Below are positions 1 through 10,590 of a stretch of 64,000 nucleotides of DNA, piece by piece. The first letter of the stretch is position 1. Each line of letters starts with the position of its first letter. The translations under genes were made by a program, and so were the position numbers. The notes beneath the pieces are model-generated. The model saw only the letters and a program-made list of their open reading frames with translations. It was not told where the DNA came from and made no database searches. The stretch comes from Octopus sinensis (Eukaryota), in assembly GCF_006345805.1 (NCBI RefSeq), contig NC_043006.1, positions 82,026,001 to 82,090,000 on the forward strand. Direction: 5' to 3'.

Positions 1-396
1 TGCCTCAACAGGTCTTCACAAGCAAAGTTCATAGTCCAATGAATGAGGGGTACTCATAAGTGACCCGGTTACACCCCACATTCAGATGTGCATTCAACAT
101 TCCACTGGCACAAGTGCCAATCAGGTAGTACTGTCATCAGCCATGTCTGCAATTTTGATTTTGATTTCACTTGCCTCAATAGGTCTTCAAAAGCAAGGTT
201 TATAGTCCAATGAATGAGGAGTATTCATAAATGGGCTGGTTACACCCACTGGTGTAGGCCATGGGCTATGGTCTCACTTGGCTTGTCGGGTCTTCTCAAG
301 CACAGCATATCTCCAAAGATCCCGGTCTCTAGTCATTGCCTTGGTCCAATGTTCAAAGATCGTACTTCAAAACCTCATCCCAGGTTTTCCTGGGTT
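1..396 (-). mobile_element. RTE-clade LINE 3' fragment (ORF C-terminus plus 3' UTR), degenerate
   Basis: Minus strand reads GRCKPRKTWDEVLKYDL*TLD, the RTE C-terminal motif. Colinear and homologous with 26100-26370. The UTR segment is duplicated with a 171-bp period (1 vs 172). Confidence 0.8.
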
Positions 397-406
397 TACA
401 TCTTCC

Positions 407-437
<31 letters not shown>

Positions 438-574
438 TATAAACAAGGGCAAAAGAAAAGTTATTTCTATGCCAATTTTTTTTTGCCCTTGTTCATAAGC
501 TGTTTATAATTTTAACCTTTAAAGGTATTTTAATATACTGCCACTTTTGATAAAAATTTTATCCTATATTAGTA

Positions 575-625
<51 letters not shown>

Positions 626-882
626 CTGGGTAGTTACCTTTTTGTGTGCTTTTTAAAGCTTCTCTCTAAACATTGGCTACCTACATACACACACACAAAT
701 CAGTGTATGTGTGTAGATATATATATATATATATATTTGCCTGGGTGTGTGTTTATGTAGGCTTGTGTATATAATTATATACATGTGCATGCACATGCAT
801 ATACCCAACACACAAAACAGCTCTGACATTTTTGTTGTTGATTTTATGTCTTTTTTTAGACAGACAGACAGATAGAGATATT

Positions 883-1771
883 CAGGGTGTGGTGAATAAG
901 CTGTCACCTAAATAATGCCAAAATGAAAATGACACAGACATCTCATTTTAACAGGTGTATATTCACTAAAATTACATAAAATACTAAAAGAAATATTAAA
1001 GAGTACATTTTTTCAATGAAATCAGCATTGGCTTTAACCCAGATCTCCAGATGACTTCCGAATCTCCTGCAATTCTTCTGAACAGTCTCCTTAAGTAAGT
1101 TGGTGAATGCTGCCATAATCCTTGGCTTCAGTTCATCTTTGGTGTTTCAAGGAGTTTTGCTGGTCTCTTGCTCAACTGCACCTCATACATAATATTCACG
1201 GTGGTTGCAGTCTGGGGAGTTAGGTGGCCAGATGTTAGAGGTGATGTGGTTGCAGAAATTGACTGACAACTATGACAGGGTTCTCCTGCTTGTGTGGCAT
1301 GGTGGAGTGTCCTGTTGCCAGTCATAGAGTCTTCCAGCAGCCACCCTTTTGAATCAGGGTAGCACTACTTCCTCCAGGCACTTGATGTAGGACTCTGTGT
1401 TGAGGCTGAGGCAGTCTGGGAAGAGGAATGGAGACATAACATCGCCATCACTAGTGATCACTCCAAACACCATGATGTTGACTGGATGTTTGATTTTTAT
1501 CATTCCCAGTAAATGTCTTCAGATTGCACTGTTCTCAGATTGACAGCCAAACACTATGAAATGTTCATACAGGAGCTTCCAGTGTGAATGCCAAGTAGCA
1601 CAACATGTCATTTCCAAATTTCTGGCAGAGAAAAGTGTGTCATGGTGCTGTTTATCTGACAGGTAGTGCCCAACTGAACCTACTATACTGTGATGTTGAC
1701 AAAATCAAAAGCAAACAATATGTATGCACAAAATTAAAAAAATAAAATGGTGACAATTTACCCATCACACA

Positions 1772-1774
<3 letters not shown>
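883..1774 (-). mobile_element. Tc1/mariner DD37D (maT-type) DNA transposon, internally deleted, non-autonomous
   Basis: 26-bp imperfect TIRs: cagggtgtggtgaataagctgtcacc (883-908) and the reverse complement of 1749-1774, cagtgtgtgatgggtaaattgtcacc. Transposase remnant lies inside. TA TSDs are not intact. Confidence 0.88.
1005..1500 (-). pseudogene. Transposase catalytic-domain remnant (DD37D family)
   Basis: Single-frame manual translation: KIKHPVNIMVFGVITSDGDVMSPFLFP...WQQDTPPCHTSRRTLS*LSVNFCNHITSNIWPPNSPDCNHREYYV*GAVEQE...RRFGSHLEIWVKANADFIE. There are 37 residues between QQD and the third acidic position, and four in-frame stops. Confidence 0.88.
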
Positions 1775-1817
<43 letters not shown>

Positions 1818-3874
1818 TATATATCAACATTTTACATATCGCTTTTGTTGAACTGACCAAGTATATTAAATATACTCTTAGAATATCATAGTTTAACCAT
1901 AAAATATTTTTTTCTTGGGAAGCAACATTATTTCATCATAATATTGAAACCATCTCAGTTTTAAATCAATGTTATTTAATAAACATTTCATAGTTGTTGC
2001 CCTTGGAAATTTTGATCAGAATTATTCATCAGGTTATTCTTTTTTTTTTGAGTATGTAAGCCTTCATTTTACCCTTAAATTTCCATGCAGCAGATGACCC
2101 TGGTTCCAAAGGTGATTTTTATAAATGGTTTTAGTTATAATATAAACATTAATACTTCATGTTTTTCTTCAAGAATTTCATATGTAAGTTCATTCAGTTT
2201 AAACAATTTCTGTTTTTTAAAATTTTTTCTTTTCTTTGAAATACTAACATGCCTAGGACTGTAAAAACATGCAACACCGACCTTAGATTGAAAATGAACA
2301 ATTTACACCCAGAACAAGAATTAAAAGTAAATATTGTTCACATATGCGTGCATGTGCGTGTGTACATATAAGAGATGATGTGCATGATAAAAATTTTATT
2401 TTAACAAAATACCACCCACTCACAAATACTCACTCCCATTATGTTACATGCTGTCAAATTTGGACTACTTAATGATTGATAAGAGATTATTAAAGAGCTT
2501 TACTTACAATTTACACTGGTTTATCTACACTTCTTAAGTCTCATTACTTTTCTTTTTCATATACATACCTTTGGACTCATTTTTATTATCTATTTCAGTT
2601 ATTTTATTCAAGTCCACATACCAATATCTTCATACAAGTACACAGATAAGGGTATATCAGTGGTAGTACCATCAACATGATAGTTATCTACAGGGCACTA
2701 CATGCCCTCAGATTGTCTCTAGGTCTCTTTCTCTTTTCTTTTGCTGGTTTTGTTGTCTGCCCAGTAGAGTTTGCTTTACAAAAATGGTGGTCTAGGGGCA
2801 AGACTTTGTACCTGGACCACACAGAACTGGAATAACTATCACAAAGCATCCCAGCCAATGATTTAACAAGTCTACCAGACCAGTATCCTGACTGGAACTT
2901 TATTGATCTGAAAAGAATGAATAATGAAGTTGGCTTCAATGGGATTTGAACTCTGAACACAGAGAGCAGGAAGCAATCTAATCTGATGTTCTAATGACTC
3001 TGCCAATTCGGTATCCCAACTTATTTTTAAGCAAAGTTTATTTGTTACTACATAATTCAATAATTTATCCCTCCAGCTTTTTCAAAGATCCTTTTTCTTC
3101 CTTTTTTCTTGTAGATAAGCAACCATCCTACTTATGCATGCATGGATGTCTATCATTAGACAATGATGATGATGATGATGATGGTGGTAGTGTTTAATTT
3201 TTGGCAAGTCCAGCAGCCATGCAGAGACTCCCTGGAGCTATGTAGGTTATACAGGTAAAACATTAAATGCTTATAATGAAGTGTTTCTAATTAATTAATA
3301 ATATAAGCCACAGTACAAGTACATTATCTGAACGCCAGCTGCTCAACACATCAACATACAGTTGACCTAGGTGTTAGCAAAATAATTATTATGCTAATTG
3401 GATTTCCCATTTTAATGTACTCTTTAATAATAATGACTATATATGTATACATAGAATTTATCATGGATAGGTGGGTATGCATTCTCAGAAGAACTGTCTC
3501 AAGGAGGACTGACAACAGGTCAATTTCCCTTTTTCAGCTTGTGAAGAAACTGTACGCACATTTGTTTATATACGTAGTGTAGCTTAACACTTATACTATA
3601 GCAATACATGTAGACTGTAGCACAGGTATATTGATAATGTGATTTGTCTAAGGACAATATAAATTCAAGATTGGAACTCAATATCTTTCAGGTCATTAAT
3701 ATTGCATTCTGTTCACACATCCACCACATTCATTTGCTAGAGTTGCTTTTACATACATACATACATACGTACGTACGTATGTACGTACGTATGTATGTAT
3801 GTATGTATGTATGTATGTATGTATGTATGTATGTATGTATGTATGTGTGTGTGTGTGGTGTGTGTGTGTGTGTG

Positions 3875-3909
<35 letters not shown>

Positions 3910-3934
3910 ATATATATATATACATACATATCTT

Positions 3935-4153
3935 ATCTTTTACTGGTTTCAGTCATTAGACTGCAGCAATAGTAGGATACCGCCTTGATAAATTTTTAGT
4001 CAAAAGTATCAACCCCAGTATTTATACTTTTAAAGTCTGGTACTTATTTTATCAGTTCCTTTTGCTAAACTGCTAAGTTACAGGGACATAAAGACACCTG
4101 CACTGGTTGTCAAGCAGTGTTGGTGGGGGGACATAAATACAGACAAACACACA
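3935..4153 (-). mobile_element. SINE family A, 3' half
   Basis: Reverse complement of the family A tail (…cagtcaaatgactgaaacaagtaaaaga) and body. Confidence 0.75.
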
Positions 4154-4155
4154 CA

Positions 4156-4326
4156 TGGGCAAGGGTGTGTGGTAACAAGCTTGCTTCCCAACCACATGGC
4201 TCTGGCTTCAGTTCCACTGCATGGCACCTTGGGCAAGTGTCTTCTACTACAGCATTGAGCTGATCAAAGATTTGTGAGTGGATTTTTGGTAGATGGAAAC
4301 AGAAAGAAGCTTCTCATGTATATGTA

Positions 4327-4359
<33 letters not shown>

Positions 4360-4600
4360 GGTGTGTGTGTGTGTGTGTGTGTGTGTCTTTATGTCTGTGT
4401 TTGTTCCCCCATCACCACTTGAATAACAGTGTCGGTGTGTTTACGTATCTGTAACTTAGTGGTTTGGCAAAAGAACTGACAGAATAAGTACTAGGCTTCA
4501 AAAATAAGTCCTGGGGTTAATTTGTTTGACTAAAACCTTTCAAGGCAGAGCTCCAGCATGGCCACAGTCAAATGACTGAAATAAGTAAAAGAATAAAAGA
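4156..4600 (+). mobile_element. SINE family A, full length (tRNA-like head, ggcaccttgggcaagtgtcttc core, internal TA/TG microsatellite)
   Basis: Colinear with more than 15 other copies in the window, e.g. 32455-32910 and 39878-40287. Confidence 0.85.
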
Positions 4601-4619
4601 AAAAAAAAAGAATATATAC

Positions 4620-5018
4620 AACAAGCTTCTTTCAGTTTTTGTCTATCAAATTCACTTGCAAGGCTTTCGTTGACCTAAGGCTATAACCAAAGACACTAGC
4701 CCAAGGTGCCATGCAAGTGGGACTGAACCTGGAGCCCTGTGGTTGGGAAGCAAGCTTCTTATTTTCCTATTGCCCACTAGGGGCTAAACATAGTGGGGAG
4801 AAACAAGGACAGACAAAGGGATTAAGTCGATTACATAGACCCCAGTGCGTAACCGGTATTTAATTTATTGACCCCGAAAGGATGAAAGGCGAAGTCGACC
4901 TCGGCGGAATTTGAACTCAGAACGTAACAGCAGACGAAATACCACTAAGCATTTCACCCGGCGCGCTAACGTTTCTGCCAGCTCACTGCCTTCTTACCAC
5001 ACAGCAATGCCTGCACTT
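4620..5018 (-). mobile_element. SINE family A 5' half, interrupted by a family B SINE
   Basis: The head sequence gcaagcttctta|ccacacagc is split by the 4762-4990 insertion. Confidence 0.8.
4762..4990 (-). mobile_element. SINE family B, full length, with TSD
   Basis: Matches 15258-15489. ttctta is duplicated at 4756-4761 and 4991-4996. Confidence 0.85.
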
Positions 5019-5453
5019 TTATACATGTATACATATATAAACTATATGGAGATGCAAGCATAACCATGTGGCTTTGAAATTTGCTTTGCAACAAAGTTCT
5101 CTTTTCAGTCGCACTACTTTGCAGCTTGGGCAAGTATCTCTAACTGTAGTCTCAGATGAACCAATGCTTTGTGAGGAGAATTTGGAATATGGAAACTGCA
5201 GGAACCTGACAAATATGTTTATGGTGTGCGTGTATGTATATGTGTACATATCTGAGTCACTGTTTATGTTTGCTGGTGTAAACTAATACTATATCCCTTT
5301 ATGTCCAAAGATAATTCCATGGTTCAATAAAATAGACATTGATAACATCATTACTAGAGTCAATATAATCAATTAAATAATTGAAGGGATGTCCCAGAAC
5401 AACTACTATCCAAGCTCTGAAACCAGTAAAAGAATGAGAAAAAAAATCTAAAT

Positions 5454-5742
5454 GATGATTGGATGGCAGAATTGTTAAAGCATTTCCCACGAGGCAGCAA
5501 ATAAGTGTCACAGATTTGACTCAGTTAGCATTTTAGACTAATATTTGTAGTCAAGCTAATACAATGATGAGAATTACAGAATTTATAAAACAAATGAAAG
5601 GAGAATTAGGGAAGAAATCTCAGGAAAGATGATCAGGGATCAGGTCATTTTATACACGGTGGGTAGGTAAAAAAATCTTACTTTACATCGGAAGCTGTCA
5701 ATTTGTTGAATTGTCATTGAGTATTTCAACACTCATTCAAAA
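5454..5742 (+). repeat. About 290-bp element, left copy of an inverted pair
   Basis: Colinear reverse complement of 7033-7327 over its whole length. Confidence 0.85.
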
Positions 5743-5954
5743 CATCGTGGATTGATTTTCTATGACTAGTTTCAATCAATGCTTGGATGAATTAACATTA
5801 GACATGATTGTCACTCTTCACTTGCTTGACATTAATCGACTTTTCAATATATAAATCTTTTGTGATTATAATAATAATAATAATAATTAATAATGCTGCT
5901 GCTGCTGCTGATAATGATGATGATGATCATCATCATGTTCATTACATAATTGAG

Positions 5955-6282
5955 GGGATTTCTCCATAAAGACTACGACTTTCAAAACAATGAGACTAAA
6001 CATGCTTGCAGACAATGCAACGAACAAATAGTGTTAGGTCATTGACTTAGCAACCATGTTATGATAGTAAAATTGATATTAAAGAAGCTGAGAAAATGGA
6101 AAAATATTAGAACATAGGCAGAGAAATGAAGAGATTATGGAACAAAAGGGTGTAAATTGGTGCACTCAGTACATTGTCCAAACTGCTTCATAACAGGACA
6201 AAGGATACTGGAATTGAAACCCAAAATAGTCTTGATATATGAGAAGATTTATCACTAAATGTCAGGATAACATTCCTTCTAA
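5955..6282 (+). pseudogene. R4/Dong-like non-LTR retrotransposon 3' fragment (restriction-like endonuclease region)
   Basis: Reads DFSIKTT…NK*C*VIDLAT, frameshift, YDSKIDIKEAEKMEKY*NIGREMKRLWNKRV*IGALSTL. This matches the recalled R4-type RLE pattern WDF..RPD..(I/V)D..D..EKxxKY.L..E..RLW..IGALG. It is followed directly by (TAA)n. Confidence 0.65.
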
Positions 6283-6283
6283 C

Positions 6284-6316
<33 letters not shown>

Positions 6317-6330
6317 TAATAATAATAATA

Positions 6331-6900
6331 ATTCTTTCTACTGGAGGCATTAGGCCGCAAATTTGTGGGGTGGGGACTAGTCAATTATATCGACTCCATT
6401 GTATCACTGGTACTTAACTTACTGACCCCAAAAGGATGAAAGGCATAATAATAATAATAATAATAGTTTCTGATTTAGGCATAAGGCTAGCAATTTTGAT
6501 GGGAGGGGGTTAGTCAATATCACTGACCTCAGTACTTTATTGGTACTTAATTTTATCAACCTTGGATTGATGAAGGGCAAAGTTGATTTCAGTGGAATTT
6601 GAACTCAAACCATAAAGAACTGTTATAAATACAAAGCCTTTTTTTTTCTCAATACAGTAACAATACTGCCAACTTGCTGCCCTAAAAAAAATAATTCAAG
6701 GCCAGCAGTTTTGAAGAGATGAGGTTAGCTGAGGTAATCAACACCAATATTTGACTCGTACTGTATTACACTGCCCCTGAAAGGATGAAAGGCAAAATCA
6801 ACTGCAAGAGAATTCCAGTTCAAGATGTAAAGGGAGCCAGAAGAAATGCTGTTAAGCATTTTGACCAATGTACAAATGACTGTCAGCTCACTACCCACAT
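6331..6900 (-). mobile_element. Head-to-tail array of three partial family B2 SINEs separated by (AAT)n
   Basis: Repeated core gacccc..ggtactta..gacccc.aaaggatgaaaggcaaag at about 6380, 6520 and 6740. Confidence 0.7.
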
Positions 6901-6911
6901 GATGATGATGA

Positions 6912-6913
6912 TG

Positions 6914-6976
<63 letters not shown>

Positions 6977-7000
6977 TAATAATAATAATAATAATAATAA
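6912..7000. repeat. (AAT)n microsatellite
   Basis: Direct reading, about 29 units. Confidence 0.95.
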
Positions 7001-7032
7001 TCGCTTCTACTATAAACACAAGGTCTGAAATT

Positions 7033-7327
7033 TTTTGAATGAGTGTTCAAATACTCAACGACAACTAGACAAACTGACAGCTTCCTATGTAAAATAAGAT
7101 GATTGTTTTTTTACCTACCCACGGTGTATAAATTGACCTGGTCTCTGATCATCTTTCCTGAGATATTTTCTCTAATCCTCCTTTCACATTTTTTATAAAA
7201 GCTGTAATTCTCATCGTTGTATTAGCTTGACTGTAAATATTAGTCTAAAATGTTTACTGAGCCAAATCTGAGACAGTTATTTGCTGCCTCATGAGAAACA
7301 CTTCAACAATTCTGTCAGCCAATCATC
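7033..7327 (-). repeat. About 290-bp element, right copy of the inverted pair, embedded in a B2 SINE
   Basis: Reverse complement of 5454-5742. Flanked by B2 tail (7001-7032) and B2 core (7328 onward). Confidence 0.85.
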
Positions 7328-7493
7328 AACTACATCGACCCCAGAGTTTCACTGGTACTTAGTTTACTGACCTCAAAAAGATGAAAAGCAAAGTCGACCT
7401 CAGCAGGATTTGAACTCAGAATGTAGCGACAGATGAAATATACTCAGCATTTCACCTGGTTTGCTAATGATTCTACCAGCTTGTTACCTTAAC

Positions 7494-7526
<33 letters not shown>

Positions 7527-7740
7527 CCTTTCTGAGAAAGGCACAAGGCCTGAAATTTGGGGGACTGGGACTCATTGATTACACTGACCCCAGTTCTCAG
7601 CTGGTACTTATTTCATCAACTCCAGCAGAATGAAAGACAAAGTCAGCCTCAGCAAATTTTGAATTCAGAACATAAAGACAGACGAAATACTACAAATCAT
7701 TTTGCCTGATGTGCTAACAATTCCGCCAGCTTGTGACTTT
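7328..7740 (-). mobile_element. Two tandem family B2 SINEs separated by (AAT)n
   Basis: Cores at about 7340 and 7590 match 44570-44985. Confidence 0.75.
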
Positions 7741-8364
7741 AATAATAATAATAATAATAATAATCATAATAATAATAATCATAATGAGCGACTACAATAC
7801 CCTGCTTTCACTTATGCACGCAGGGTAATAATAAAGGTGGTATTGATGGTGGTGGTGGTGGTGGTGGTGGTGGCAATGGTAGTGGTTATCTTGTTGATGA
7901 TATTATCAATAGCAATATGATATTAATGATTTCTTTTCATTTGACACAACAAACTCAATAATAAATATTCAAGTGAATCGATTCCAGTTTATTGATAATA
8001 TATACTGACTGAGACCATAGAACAGAATAGCTTACAGTGTTTGTGTTTTTGTTGTCCATACTCTAGTGTTCAAATCTCATTGAACTCTACTTAGCTTTTC
8101 ATTTTCTCCAGGTCAATGAAATATCAGATCAGCAAATTCAGTTGGCAGCATTGAGAGAATCAGCCAAGACATTTTGCAGTATGCGTTTCAATTGTTTTTT
8201 TTTGTTTTGAGCCCCCATTCTCTGTGGGATTTGAACACAGAACATAAAGAGGCCATTTATTACTGTCTGTTTACTTGTTTCAGTCATCTGACTGTGGCCA
8301 TGCTGGGACACTGCCTTAAAGGGTTTAGTCAAAGAAATCAACACCAGTATTGATTTTTGTAAGA

Positions 8365-8665
8365 CTGTTAAAAGGGCACCATACGAGCGTGATCATTACC
8401 AACGTCGCTTCACTGGCACCTGTAAAAAGATTCGAGCGAGGTTGTTGCCAGTACCGCCTGACTGGCGCCTGTGCCGGTGGCACGTAAAGAGCACCCATTA
8501 CACTCTCAGAGTGGTTGGCGTTAGGAAGGGCATCCAGCTGTAGAAACTCTGCCAGATCAAGATTGGAGCCTGGTGCAGCCATTTGGTTCGCCAGCCCTCA
8601 GTCAAAATCGTCCAACCCATGCTAGCATAGAAGGCAGACGTTAAACGATAACGATGATGATGATG
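8365..8665 (+). mobile_element. RTE 3'-UTR-derived repeat (family C) with (GAT)n tail
   Basis: Contains ggttggcgttaggaagggcatcc and ends ccatgctagcat…gttaaacgat(gat)n. Homologous to 25633-26100. Confidence 0.85.
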
Positions 8666-8997
8666 AAGAAGAAAATGGAAAAGAGAAGATACTAACAAAA
8701 GAGGAAAGAGAAAACGAAACAGAAACATTACTATCAGCCAATCTCTGCCCCACAACTACTTCAATGTTTGCTCAGAGACATTATTTCTTCTGTTGAAAAT
8801 GGCAAGCTTCGTTAATGTGAAAAGCAGCAGCCAGATCTGGAAACCGCTAATGATGTGAAGTATTAAAACCTCAAAAGGGATCAATCAATTGAACTGAAGA
8901 TGAAGAAATAATTCAAATAGTTAGATAAATTTTATGCCAACAGGAAGAAGAAATATCTAAGGTTTTCAGGCAAAGGCCTTCTATCAGAGATAAGTGC

Positions 8998-9590
8998 AGG
9001 CATAGTTGTATATTAAGAAGCTCATTTAGTAACTCTATGGTTTCAGGTTCAGTCCCACTGCATAGCATTTTGGGCAAGTATCTTCTACTATAGCCCCAGG
9101 CTGATCAATGCCTTGTGAGTGGATTTGGTAGATGGAAACTGTAAGGAAACCTTTTGTGTAATTGTGTGTGTGTGTTTGTGAGTGCATCTTTGTGACTGTT
9201 TTTATCTCATCCACTGCTTGATCCCATAAGAATGAAAGGCAAAGTCAACCCAGGAGGGATTTGAAAATAATGATGATGATGATGATGATGACGACAATAA
9301 TGATTTAAGATTTTTGGCACAAGATCAGAAATTTATGGGGATGAGGGTAAGTTGATTACATCGACCCCAGTGCTCAACCAGTACTTAATTCATCACTACC
9401 CACTAATTGGCAATCAATGTTGGTTTGTTTACATCTCCATAACTTAGCAGTTCAGCAAAAGAGACCAATAAAATAAGTACCAAATTTAAAAAGGAAATTA
9501 GTACAGGGATTCATTTGTCCAACAAAAAAACCTTCAAGGTAGTGCCCCAACATGGCCACAGTCCCAAAAACTGAAACAAATTAAAGAAGA
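8998..9590 (+). mobile_element. SINE family A interrupted at 9218-9394 by a permuted B2 segment
   Basis: The 5' half ends at ccactgcttga and the 3' half resumes at about 9395. Confidence 0.7.
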
Positions 9591-10210
9591 TGAAAAATGA
9601 GCGAAAACAAATGTGAACTGAACCTTTCTCCCTAACAGAAGTTTCTACTGGAAAAGCTTGGCTTCTCTTTTTCTCCACAACATAAACTTTATTCCTCTAT
9701 TTTGATTATGTTACTTTTTCACCAATGCAGAACAACTAGTTTCTATGGATTCTGCCGTTCTTCAGGCAACAGATATTCTAGTTCATTTCTTCATTAATGT
9801 ATTTACTAATATTGATATAAAAATATGGGATAATATTCGACCATAATTATTTGTTGTTACAGAGAAAGGACAACAGGTTATAAGAATAGGTTAACTTAAT
9901 TCACAATAGTATTGATCCACTGAATTCAGTTTCACTATCATTATCGATCATATGAAAACAAATATCAGATCCCTTGTGTTAGGTCAATAAGTGTCAGAAT
10001 AATGATTGCTAAGTAAGGGCCGACATATAGCATGTGTTGAAAGCAATATATCTGAGGCATTCCAATGACAGCTGAATGGAAGAATAAGACAACACTACCA
10101 ATGAATATAATACATACGAGTATGTATAATAATATAACATACATTATTAAAAATGTATCCAACATTTTATTACCTGACACAACTATATTGTGAGAGAATT
10201 TTTTTGTTTT

Positions 10211-10590
10211 TTTACTGGTTTCAGTCATCTAACTGCTGCCATGCTGGAGCACCACCTTTAGTTGAGCAAATCGACCTCAGAATTTATTCTTTGTAAGCCT
10301 AGTACTTATTCTATCGGTCTCTTTTGCTGAATGGCTAAATTATGGGGATGTAAACACACCAGCATTAGTTGTCAATCGATGTTGGGGGAACAAACACAGA
10401 CACACATACACACATATAAATATACATATATACAATGGGCTTCTTTCAGTTTCCGTCTACCAAATACACTCACAAGGCTTTGGTCAGCCTGAGGCTATAA
10501 TAGAAGACACTTGCTCAAGGTGCCATGCAGTGGGACTGAACCTGGAACCATGTGGCTGCTAAGCAAGCTACTTACCACACAGCCACTCCC
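10211..10590 (-). mobile_element. SINE family A, full length
   Basis: Reverse complement of the family consensus seen at 32455-32910. Confidence 0.85.

Noticed and set aside
2688-2903. Minus-strand ORF with a good acceptor
   Set aside because: No recognisable domain, ambiguous frame and no supported upstream exon.
8111-8177. Plus-strand exon-like segment VNEISDQQIQLAALRESAKTFC with AG/GT sites
   Set aside because: The acceptor region aligns to a decayed B-family core (gcttttcattttctccaggtcaatgaaa vs gcctttcatcctttcggggtcgataaa). No homology and no convincing partner exons.
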